Assembly (NCBI GenBank): GCA_963924565.1
Contig: OZ004614.1
Location: 558,001 to 622,000, forward strand
Reading direction: 5' to 3'
Length of the DNA: 64,000 nucleotides
Origin: Ascidiella aspersa
Taxonomy: Eukaryota
Positions 48,801 through 60,200 of the stretch are shown one piece after another. The notes under the pieces are model-generated. The model searched no databases and was not told the origin of the DNA. It saw nothing but the letters and a program-made list of their open reading frames with translations. Position 1 is the first letter of the stretch. The number at the start of each line of letters is the position of its first letter. Made by a program: the position numbers and the translations under genes.

Positions 48801-51736
48801 GAGAGCTGGATTAAAACGGTTCATTATATAATTGATAATTTGGTAAAATTTACCTACTGAATTGAAGTCTTGCAAGTTACAAGGCTATAAAAACACACAC
48901 ACATTACCAAATGGATTTTTAAACAACTTTATTTTGAAGGAAGTGCATCGGGGGGTTTTATTGTTTTAGTTTTTTTTGTAGTAACCTAAAAAAATCGAGA
49001 AATAGAAAATTTCAGTTATGCGGTGTGAAAAGGATCTCATTACTGTACAACAATAAACCACTTTTTATTACGTCACAAACCACTCATTGTTCATGACAGG
49101 CTTCCGAAACCAAGGACGACTGTTTGAGTGACGTCATAGTGACGCAGAGCCAGGTTCGTGACGCAAGAGAAGCTCAAATGATGAAAAGCTGCGGATGGGC
49201 AGGTCGGTTGTTACGTAACAATTACCAACAATTAACACAATAAGTGTTGTTTATGTTTATTTGAAATACCAGATGAATTTGTACAGATAATGATATTTTG
49301 GAAAACATCATCGGGCTAATCCTAATATTTCGCGCGCAAACTCGATCACGTGACAAACCCATGTTTTGGCGCAGGAATGAAGGACGCTGATTGGCGGAAG
49401 TTGATCGAGGAGAGCAAGGTTGAGAACGCCAACACATTCAAACCAGCTCGTGGAAAGCTGGCTGTTGGAGGGCAGATGAACGTAGATCTGAGGGTTGCCG
49501 GTTCGAACCCCCGCTTGGCCCTCTTCCTATCTAAACGCGGTCCTGAGGAGTTTGAAGTTTCGCAACTGGCTGTTCACCAACTCGATCGAATGCTGGGGGT
49601 AAGTTACCCAATATTATGGATAATTTAGGGGTAAATTACCTAATGTGGGGCAATTTAGGGGTTATAGATCCACCGTTGGTTAATTTAGGTATAATTTTTG
49701 GCATAGATAACTTTTTCTCTTGCTACATTTACTAAAATACAATCTTGTTTTTCTTTTGCATATTTTTAGTTGTTATTTTGAAATGACAAAAATAGCAACG
49801 AATTATTGTCAAGAGATTTGAATTAACCCGAAAAAAAAGTTATTTGTGTTCCACCGGTCGTCAGTCAAACATCGAAACAAGTGACTGGCGACACCAAGAC
49901 ACTAACACAGTACTGTAATGCGTTGCTTTAGCCAATGTAATTCTTCTAGGTATTTTGTAAAAAAATGTATAGATCAAAAAATAATCGCCCTAGTCTTGTT
50001 TTAATCAAAATTCATCAGGATAAATGCTGAAACAGATCGAATCAGCGAGTGAAAATAACCAGTTGTGGTAACGGCTTATCTTTTTCACTTTTATTTTTCT
50101 TGCGAAAGTTGTGGTAACGGCCGATTTATTTTTTACTTTATTCTTCTACTTTTTTGCGTAGTTGTACAAGACGGTTCCTGCCATTGAACGTGAGCTTAGC
50201 GAGGCTGAATTATCAGAAGCTGGATTCCCGGTCGACATCGGTGGCAACCAGTTCGATAAGTTCCGGCCGATGAAGATGGCTGACAACTCACTAAGAGGCG
50301 TCATTATACCACTTGTAAGCCCCCCCCCCTTTGTTTTGTCCAATTAAGCTACGTTTTACTTTCTTGTCGTTTTTTATTAATATTTCTATGAATTATATAA
50401 TTGTAAGTGCCAAGAAAAATGGTAACACTGCCACGCCATAATGTAAACCATGCTATAAAACGAATAATATACTCGCAAAGCGCGTAATTTTGCGTTTAGA
50501 TATTGTTAAAGTTGGCAAAACATATAGTTTGACTACAGGGCCACATTTGGCATGCTGGTAGGAATTTAGACCAGCGCCGATTTTTGCGTTTTAAGTATTA
50601 AATTAACCATCGCCCAATATACTTGCAAGCACCGCGGGACTTGTTAAAACGGACATAAATCATCATTACTATTCTATGTAAGTATATTGTTAAAACGGTT
50701 GGTGCTTTATTGCGTAGATACGATGGTAAAGTCAAGTTACAAAGGTTAGCACAGCACAAACACGCGTTTATAAATGTACACTTGCGAAATAGGAAAAACG
50801 CTTGGATGAGCGTGGATGCACATCGGTAGGTTCGCTACATTGTTGTGTTTGCAGATCCAGGAACGTACGACAGTTGTCCACTACATTTCTGTTCCTCGAT
50901 TGAGTGGAATAACAAACGCAGTTACCCCGTTCAGTAGAAGACAGTGGGACGACATGGAATACCTACTCCTCGGATTCCTCGCAGCAATACCAGTGCCCAC
51001 TAAAGGGCACCAGAGCGTACAAGGTGATGACGTGTTCTTGGTCCTTGATGGAAAGTAGCGCATGATTATGCTCACAAATTTATTTAAACCTTATTTTACT
51101 ACGCCTATTTGAATGAAAGACCGCTAATTCGGCAGAAATTTGCTTTAAAATGTGTATAATTTTTTAGAATTAAAATCGCTTTAATCAAAATGTCTACTTT
51201 AACTCCTTAATTGCAATAGTTGATTCTTCTTGTCAATAAAATGCCCAACCTTTTTCGTAATTATTTTTCTGCACCTTTTTACTAAAATAATTTAACAGAG
51301 TTATACGAAATATATAAGTGGTTAAAAAAATAAATGTAAATTTGCATTTTTGGCCTTTATTTCTTGACGATAATAGAATTAAAAAGAATAAAAAAAAAAC
51401 TAATTTCGGAAAAATAACTCGGGTTGTTACGTCCACTATGCAGGTCGCCTGATGCACATTAAGACCGACGATGCGTTTCTCGAGCACAACGGGAACGATT
51501 ACATTTCCTACCTCTACAACTGCCAGTTCCCACGCCACGTCATCAACACATTACGTCAGGCCGTTGCCAAGCGATGCGACCTGAAACGCCAAATCCACAC
51601 GCGCCTATTGGTCCAGGGGTCGCCCAAGATCGGAGAACTGCTGGAGCGGAACGTGGCGAAGTTACTGGACCTTGTCGATGAATGTCGCACCAAGTTTGGC
51701 ACCAACATGGTTCTGTACGATTCCGTCAAAAAATAA
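39876..51736 (+). CDS. Type II membrane secretory-pathway protein, 923 aa: PKDCC/VLK-like kinase fold, Cys-rich PKDCC C-terminal module, then FAM20/FJX1/GASK-like kinase fold; both kinase folds degenerate
   Basis: 15 phase-consistent exons: 39876-40307, 40770-40951 (GC donor), 41700-41803, 42177-42280, 42557-42761, 43844-44053, 44542-44648, 44916-45047, 45886-46102, 46741-46877, 49100-49202, 49375-49598, 50162-50314, 50855-51023, 51444-51736 (2772 nt). N-terminal signal-anchor. PKDCC-like GCKQL, HPNLVKVVGLC, YLSRSPVGSV, CKGYNDLKNL, DYYCP..WGCV..C..DPKCKAFV. FAM20-like QLAVHQLDRMLGLYKTVPAIER, YLYNCQFP, LLDLVDECRTKFG. Confidence 0.8.
41459..41504 (-). ncRNA. Mirror copy of the hammerhead ribozyme
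   Basis: Exact reverse complement of 41527-41572. Confidence 0.7.
41527..41572 (+). ncRNA. Minimal type I hammerhead ribozyme (PLE-type)
   Basis: Stem I AAGATATA/TATATCTT, core CTGACGA plus T, stem II GCC-TTAGTT-GGC, GAAA, palindromic TATA, UA cleavage site. Confidence 0.7.
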
Positions 51737-51789
51737 ACAAGTTCTCGCGCATTAAGCCCAATATGCTGCCTTGTAACGCATTTAACAGA

Positions 51790-52085
51790 AAAGCGTTTAA
51801 GGCGGGATTCGAACTAACGCACCTTGCAACTTTAAGCCACAATCTGGATTCTATAAAAGCTACCAGAGCTTGATTCTTGCGATTTTATCGCAATTTTATC
51901 ATGTTTTTTGTGCTGTGGAAAAAAGCGTTTGCGGTGGGATTCGAACTCGCGACTTTTGGAACTTGAGGACACAATCTGTATACTGCACAAGTTACTAGAG
52001 CTTGATTCTTGCGATTGTAACGCAATTCTGTCATGTTTTTTGTGCTTGTAATAAGAATCGTTTGTGGGATTCAAACCCTTCGGAA
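51790..52085 (-). repeat. Tandem ~130-bp units with tRNA B-box (SINE-like) in the 3' flank of gene 5
   Basis: Repeated GGGATTCGAACT..GAGCTTGATTCTTGCGATT..TCATGTTTTTTGTGCT. Confidence 0.7.
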
Positions 52086-52426
52086 CTTTTAGACCACCCT
52101 TAGGATCCTGATTGTGATTTAGATTTGTTTTGTAGAATCAAGTCACTGTTCATAAAACCGAATATTTTCTCATTAGGTAGTTAATTTGTTCAATGATATC
52201 TCTACATGAAACTTTTTACCGGAATTATTTGAGGCAAATTTTAATAGGTTTGTTTGGGGGTTGGTTTATACACCATGTTGGTTTTGGGGCGTTTTTCATC
52301 TTTGTAAAACATTTCTAGCACTTAGGCTTAATTATCCCATTTGTGAATCAAAATAATTCTGTTTTTAAGTTTAGCAATTATTTCGGTTTCAATATTTTAG
52401 GAAAACTTAATGGACTTGAAGAAGTA

Positions 52427-52710
52427 TTAATTATAAAGAGGGTTCTTCCGACAATTATTTATTCTGTATCGACGTTTCGATAACCTATCCAAGTAATCTT
52501 CATCAGGGCATTTAAACTTGTAACCTTGCAGAGGTATATATATACAGTGAAGAAAAACGACGAAAAAACAATGTGGCAAAACGAGGCGAAAAAAAAAGAA
52601 AAAAGAAAAAGAAAACAAGGCGCGAATAACGTGAAAACGTGGAAACCGGCTAATTGTCGGAAGAACCCTCTTTATAATTAATACAATGCCTGGCAGCAAC
52701 AGTATATTCA
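52427..52710. mobile_element. Hammerhead-bearing PLE-like repeat with an internal inverted repeat
   Basis: Direct repeat TTGAAGAAGTA (52416-26 / 52711-21); perfect 34-bp inverted repeat 52424-52457 / 52651-52684; minus-strand CTGATGA-A-GAT..ATC-GAAA-CG-TC at 52471-52506. Related copies at ~875-990 and ~16010-16175. Confidence 0.6.
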
Positions 52711-54269
52711 TTGAAGAAGTACATTACTTATGGTTTCACCAATTTAGCGGTTTAACAGGATATAGTGTATTTTTATACCTTACCACACAAATCTGAAGTC
52801 ATACACAATTTTTACACCACTTTTTAATTAATACTGCAATATCAAACAAACAGAAATCCACTGGGAATATTATTCTGTACCTCCGGGAATTATTTCTGTC
52901 TCTTTTCCTTTAGCAGCGGGTTGCCCCCATTTAGTTTTTCAAGCAGTATTTTTTCCTGTGAACACTTATTCGTGCTTACATTTATTTTCTACTTTGATAT
53001 TTATTAAATACTTTGGTTCTATTGATTTTTAACGTTTCTGCGAATTTTATTCTTTTTTGTTTGTGTAAACATTTCCTGGCATTCAAAGTTTATCTAAAAT
53101 TGCGACTTTTTGGTTTCTGTTTGTTTGACGAATTTAATATTTTGCTCTTATTTTCAACAGCATTTTAGTTTTCTGCCAACATTTTATATCCCTTTGCAAT
53201 TGATTGAACGAACCAGGCATTATGCTGGGTTTGACGAAAATGCGGAATTTACAGGTTTTTAGAAAAACTCCACACTTCTTAAACAGCAGCATTTGTCAAC
53301 GTACTTTGCGGATGTACCGTTTTTTTCTTATTTAAATAGTTGTTTTTTGTTATTTGCTTATTGTGGAAGCGTTGTTAAACTTTTACTTTATTTATTGACT
53401 TCGAACTGTCTTCCTTACTGAACTTTTTTCATTTATTATTCTCATAACCTCGTAATTTTGTGCTACCTGCAGTAGACCGCAATTGTTTCGTTGATATTTT
53501 GTCATTTTTACCAGTTGGTTTTTACACCGATAGCACAAACTACGTTTGAAACCATCTGCTCATAGCTGAAAGTATTTTGAGTTGAAACTAACTTTGGTAA
53601 ATGGTGTTTATTAAGTCCCAGTTACGTAATTTGAAAACAACAGAAAATCATTGTCATTTATGCTTTTTGTTCAAACTATTACGACTATAGTTTTATCCCA
53701 AGCAACATTTCGCACAAAAAACACCAAAGTCGGAATTCTAATGGACTCGAGTGATAGCTACTGGCTTGAGTCATTTAAATAATTCCTTACAATCCTACTA
53801 TTCATTCTGATTGCTTCTGCTTCCAAATCTGTATGTTCGGTGTTCTAGTAGCGACGCGGTGTTGCACTTTAGGGGTTAAACCTCCTTGTTTTCAACTGGG
53901 GTTTAGTTAGGGGATTCACCTGGATACATGGGTGTTATGGGAAAATAATTTAAGTGTTCAAACTTCTTTTCTCTGCACTTTTGTCGTCACGCATCAGTAA
54001 CCTGGCTTAAATTACGCACACTGTACGCGGCACCCTGTAGTAAACACGTATTATCTGTATTTTTATTGTGTACATTCAAATCTCATTGTTAAGCAATTGT
54101 TCGGTAATAAGCGATATGATCATTGAAGCCATTGATAAATGATGTATTCAAAGTCCATTGTTAAATTCATTGTCAGCAATTGTTAAAGTGATTGTTGAAT
54201 TCGAATCCATTGTTAAGGTGATCTTTAAAGCGACGACCAGGCCAAATTTTTTTTGTTTCTCGTAAAAAA

Positions 54270-57200
54270 TCAAAACCCGAAAAATAAGACGGAAAGAAAC
54301 ACCAGCTTGAAAAGTGACGTCATCGGTAGTGATGTCACGATGACGTAGATCAGAAAAAGCAGCACCAGTCGTTGAGAAGTCTGCGAAGAAAAGAAGCTTA
54401 TTTTTTAAACTTTTTACAGATCAATGGAGTCGTTATTGTACGTTATCGTGTGACGTGATAACAAGGTAATATTACGTCATAAAGAGAATAGTGTCTAACC
54501 AGCATAACAATGCTATACAGGAAGTCATAAAAAACAGGTATCGGGCAAGTTCCGTTGCTAACAGTTACCTAGCAGCCTTGGTCAATTCGATTTATTTCAG
54601 CTTTTGAAATTAGATAGGAGTCAAATTAGAGCTTTTGAGTTTTTCAAATCAGATTTAAGTAATTCTAAATCAGTTCCAATTGTTTTTTTTTTCTCACAAT
54701 TAGGATATAAATTGTTCCTGCTAATATTGGTAGTTTTTTGTAGAGCATGTGCTTTCCAGGAAATCGTTCCTATCAAAAAGTTTTAATTTAAATTCTTTCG
54801 ACTGAGACACTAAGAAAGCCGCTGGACAAAGTATTTTTGGTAAAATCCAAATCAGATTAGAACCAGAATGCATTCCGTTGTAATATAAAACTAGAATAAC
54901 CTAGTATACTAGACTCTGGACCTTACGCTATTCCTGTAAGTTGATTTAGTTGTTAGTGTCTAAACACAGACAGGCAACCTAGCAAACCAGTTTCATCCTG
55001 TAATGCTGCTAAGTACAAGCAACTCACACTCAGGTTGATTTCTATCAAAGGTTTGCTCCAATCTGTTTCCTCCTCAACTTGACCGTCATTCATGACGTCA
55101 TCATCAGCACGTGATACGTCACGATCCAGCGTCGATGTGACGTCACGCATCATCGAAGTTCCACCCTCTTTAAATCGCTCCACTAGTTCCACCCTGCAAT
55201 CATGGCGTAATTAGTCAAAAAAACAATAAAACTCATGTTTAAAAAGCTGTGTTCAGCGGAAAAGTGATCGACAAGCAGGAACTGCTGCCAATGGTTTTGG
55301 ATACCTTAAAGATACGCCCTTCTATATACTCAACAACAAGTGGTATCAAAATAATCACAATGTAGGCCTACCATATGTCCTCTTTTAGCAGGATTTGTCC
55401 TCTTTTCTCAAAAAAACTGAATGGTCCTCGGAGGACGCCCAAAAATGTCCAAATGTCCTATTTTTTCGCATTTCGAGTTAGTTGCTTATACTTTCAACAA
55501 GACTTTTAAGCAAGACGTTGTATTTATTTCTAAAAAAATAATGTAATTTCCAAGGAAATGTAAAACATCATCAAACTCAAACGTAACAATTCTTCTTTCG
55601 TTCTGTCGGGTGCTGAAAATATGGTAGCCCTACCACAAAGTGTATTTTTTGAAATCTTCTAAGTTTTTTAGTTCAGTGATGTTTAAATTTTAGTACCGCA
55701 AAAAAACAATATTTTTCAATTATCCTACCCTCCTTAAAACAAACACTCAATTAATGGCCGGACAACACTAAATGACAAAGCAGCCAAATGTAGCATTTTA
55801 TGCCGTTGTAACAAAAAAATTGTGTCTTATGAAATAACGTCAACTTTTCAAACGAAGTTATTTTTCTTGCGACTGACGTTTCCGTACACTTCAACCCTGA
55901 TCTATCCATACAAGCGGAGTTTTTTTCTGTATACCGACGTTATAGCTGTAAATCCTAATTGAAGTCTATGGCGACTTAATAGAAGGTTTTCAATATTCAA
56001 AGGGGATACACCAAATTATGGTGTTTCAACCGATGCGTCTGCAAATAGATTATTTCAAACCCTTGTGCAACTTTTAAAGCACGTGGAATTATTTTTATTC
56101 ATTCCCACACAGTGCTTTTTTACGTGCAGCTGACTGGAAGGTCTATTGGACCCATCGCAGCTTCGGCCGTATCGCGCATCAATTTGTTTCTTCTTATACT
56201 TTGTGTATTTTAATTTCACCGCGAACGGAAAATAAACATAACTTACTTACTTTAAAAAATTGCGCTTAAAATTGAATCCCAAATCGTCCACCACGAACCT
56301 GTAAAGAGCAGTTTCCGGTAATTCCTCCTGCTCCAATTGTTCCTCCTCCACCTCATCTACTTCCTCTTCTTCTTCTTCCTGTCTCCTCTCTGATCCACTG
56401 AGTAGGCTCCTTGTAGCAAGAGCAAGGTTGTGGAGTTGATCCACCACTGACCCCACATCTGCATCCCGGGAGCGAGCAAGGAGACGAACAAGTTCCGAAG
56501 ACATCCCTGGAAACAATCCAAATCTTCTTATTTGTTGTTGCTGTTGTTGTTGTTTGTTTTATTGTTGTGCCGTTTTTATTGTTGCTGTGTTTTTGCTGTT
56601 AAAGCTATACTTTATTATTATTATCGTCAATTTTACTGCTGTTTTCGGTGTTGTTGTTTTTCATATTTTTAGCTTCATTGTTATTATTTTGCTGTTGTTG
56701 TTGTTGTTTAATACTCGCCTTTTTTATTTTTTGTTTTTATTGTTGTTTCAGTTTTGCTGTTATTCTTCTAGTTTTATTGTTACAGTCGTTTCTTCTTTTG
56801 TTCGTTCAATTCCTCAACAGACTAACCGAATCTGTCAATCAATTATGCAAACAAGACAGGCTAGAAAAACAACTAGGCTGTGGTGAGGTTCGAACTCACA
56901 ACCTCGGCCATACCGGGACCCTTGCTCTTCACTATTCAAAATCACAACTTAACACAATATTTTATGGTTAAGTTTTACACTTGTAGATATTTTTTGTCTT
57001 ATGATTTTAAACACGCAATATCGCATTACGCCACCTTGTGGTTTGTTAACTTCCGGCGTCTCGAGCATCCTCTGTATGACGTCACTGACCATCATTGTCT
57101 CGGCCGTTTGTGTTTCGGCGTCCATCGCGGTCCGGTAGTGCGTCGCCACCTGTGACGTAGAACGTGACGTCAGGTGCTGTTACAGTTTCTCGCTAAAGTT

Positions 57201-60200
57201 CCATAGACTTGATTTTATATTCCGATTTAGGAACCTGATATTTTACGAACATATAGCCACAATTTTTCTTCAATCTAATACTACCACCACCCAAACCAAA
57301 CGCTAACTCCAACTCTAACCTAAATCAACAATTAATCACGTATGGGTGCGAGTGTAAAAGAGCAATCCGGTCAAATAGCCACTTCATAAAACCTTTGTCG
57401 ACAATTTATCCAGGTCACTGCAGTTGATCGCCGAAATAGTCATTTCACTGTCGGACCTATTCACTCCGCTCATCGGATCTTGGTGCAGGCTCCAGGTCAC
57501 TTGGGAGAGTGACGTCATCTCGTTGGGGGTCCGCACGCCACCTAGTGTCTGAACGCCGGTTGCTACCTGCTCCTTGACGACGGGTCTCTACGCATGCGCA
57601 AAAGTTGTTTTTAATAGAAATACGAATACGCAATACAAACACCGGGGAAATGTTTTAACTTTCCTGCCAAAGGAGGCTCTTAATATTTATTTTCGAACTA
57701 TCTTTGAAATTAAATCTATATGTTTCTATGTTGAAAAACAAGTAAGTTAGAATAAGTTAAAATAACACATCTCTAAAGAAGTATATTATATAAATTAGTT
57801 ATTTTATTGAAACAAATACGCTATACAGGAACGCGTATTTAAATGAACTTTTATAATGTTTATACAAATTTATTCGTCTCTGAAATATTTCACCAAACAT
57901 GTTGTAAGATTATGCATTTGAGCCAGTGTAATTCACTTCATAGTAAAATTTTAACAGAGCGCTAAAAACTTCAATAAACTTAGTGTATCTATGCTTAACA
58001 TGTAATATAAGGTTTCTATTTCGAATAAAATGAAAACTCTAAAATCAGCAGCCAGTCACAAACGGGTGCTGGGTGGGATTTGAACTTGCTACCATGGGAA
58101 AACGCGGTAATTATTCATTAGGATTCCAAAAACGTGAGTTCAACATTACTAAGTAAATATATTTTTCATAGTCGGATTTTCTCACTATTTCCTTCCAATG
58201 AAAACACTAATTATCGCAAAGCTGTCGTCGTTTACGTTCTAATGTAATTACAAACTTGGTTAGAGTATTTTACCTCGGCCAACAAAGTCTTTTCGCGAGA
58301 AATGGCGGCAGCTTTCAGGTTTTCAAGTTGATCTAAAAATGCAATAGGGACGAGTAATGACCAAGTTTAAAGCTTACCAACAAACTTTGCGAAATGTTTT
58401 GTAATATCTTGTGTGAAAACTTGGTGTTACCTTGTATGTGAAAAGTAGCCAAATAATCAAGCGTCAAAGTAAGTAGTTTTAGCGTTCAACCGACCAACCA
58501 TGATTTCATCTCTGGGTTATAAAAAGAATTTTAAGGCTGACATGTTTATTTAATGTTTTGGCTGACTTTAACAAATAAAAGAAAGAGTTGCAACTGAATA
58601 ACGGTTAGTTACAATCGTAAATATCATATTACATGAACTGTTATTACTATAATCAGTTTATCAATAAAATCGCTGCAGCTTTCTCATTAACAGCGAAGCC
58701 TTTTACTTATGGCCTACCTGCGATGTTGACGTTCTGGTCCTCTGCCTCCTGCAGCGCTGTACGTAATGCTTCCACCTCGTCTTCAAGGAATTGTACGTCA
58801 CTAGTGGTCGCCCTGCGAGAGTTCTCTGCCGCCATATTTTCCTGACAAACAAATCAATTTTATAATAAATTGCAAAGCAAAAAAGGTCGAGTCATTCGGC
58901 ATCATCTGGATTAAAACGTTTCGATGTACATCAACTGAGAGTGAGACAAGTTCGTATCTTTATCCTGTAAACAACACTTGGTACACTATGAACGGATCTG
59001 TAATGTAGCTTGATAATAAAGTGAGCCGCAAAGGTCGAGTAGATCGACGTCATCTTAATAAAGACGATTCAATTACGTCTTCTTTTTATAAGTGATGCTT
59101 TGATTTACTTCTCAGTGACATTAATTGAATATGATTCAAGTTCGTATTAAAACGTCTTAATAAAGATGATGTTTCTGTAATGGTGAAAACCCGCGACATT
59201 TATCGAACCAGAATTACCAACAAAACTTTAGCTTGTAATAGCAATTGTTTAGACTTGCGTAATATTTAAGAAAATAATCTCGGCCTCAAACTGCGTCATA
59301 CGTCAAAAACCCTCCCCCCCAAAAAAGTAACAAGTTTGCGACGGCGTTCGCTTGAAATGCGCGACTATAGACGGGAATAGAAAAAGACTATTTTTTTCTT
59401 TCACAAAAAAGGCTAATTTTTCTGTAATTTTTCTGTCTGGGAGCACACGAGTTTCTTTTTATTATATCCGTGGATATACAAGTTTGCTTTGTTTCTCAAC
59501 AAACTAACTAAAAAAAAAATAAATAAATAAAGAAGAGAAAAACAAATCAACTACAAAAATAAAATCAACTTTGTTTTACTTAAATTTATTGACACTTGAA
59601 ATTAAGAAACAGGAGTTCCCACCATATCCTCCATTTGTTTGACGAGGTTCCCGTTCTCCAGCTCCAGGAGCATCACTCTCCTCCCCAGGACTCCAGCTTG
59701 ATCCTCCGCCATCCGGATCCTGATCTTAAGATCCTTGGTCCTCCACTCTTCGTTCTCAAGCGATCTAGAGGAGGGAAGAAGCTCCCCGTGGGTCCTCCGG
59801 TAGCTCTCGGTAAGGTCCTCCAGGGAGTCCTGAAAATGAAAGATTATGACTTCCAATGGATGCTACAACCTGCAACCTCCAACTATTATATTAAGATTTA
59901 TTCAAAACGTTCATAAAAATGCTACCTACTTCTGTATGGGCTTTGATATTTTTACCACGTCTAACTACAACCTCCAACCACTATTTTAAGGCTTATTCGA
60001 AACATTCAAAATGCTAAATAAGCTTTAAAATTCATATTTTTAACTATAACCTCCAGCCATTATGCTACAAAACCCTTACCCTTTGCTTCTCAACTTCTAC
60101 AAGTCTTGAGAGGATCGCCTTGCATTCTTCATCGAGGAACTTGATCTGACGCTGAAGCTCCGGAACCGTTTGCCGCCTCACCGGCGCCTCCTGTGGCGGA

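Noticed and set aside
56554-56971. Hydrophobic ORFs resembling membrane proteins
   Set aside because: Products of (GTT)n/T-rich low complexity inside an intron of the SOGA-like gene.
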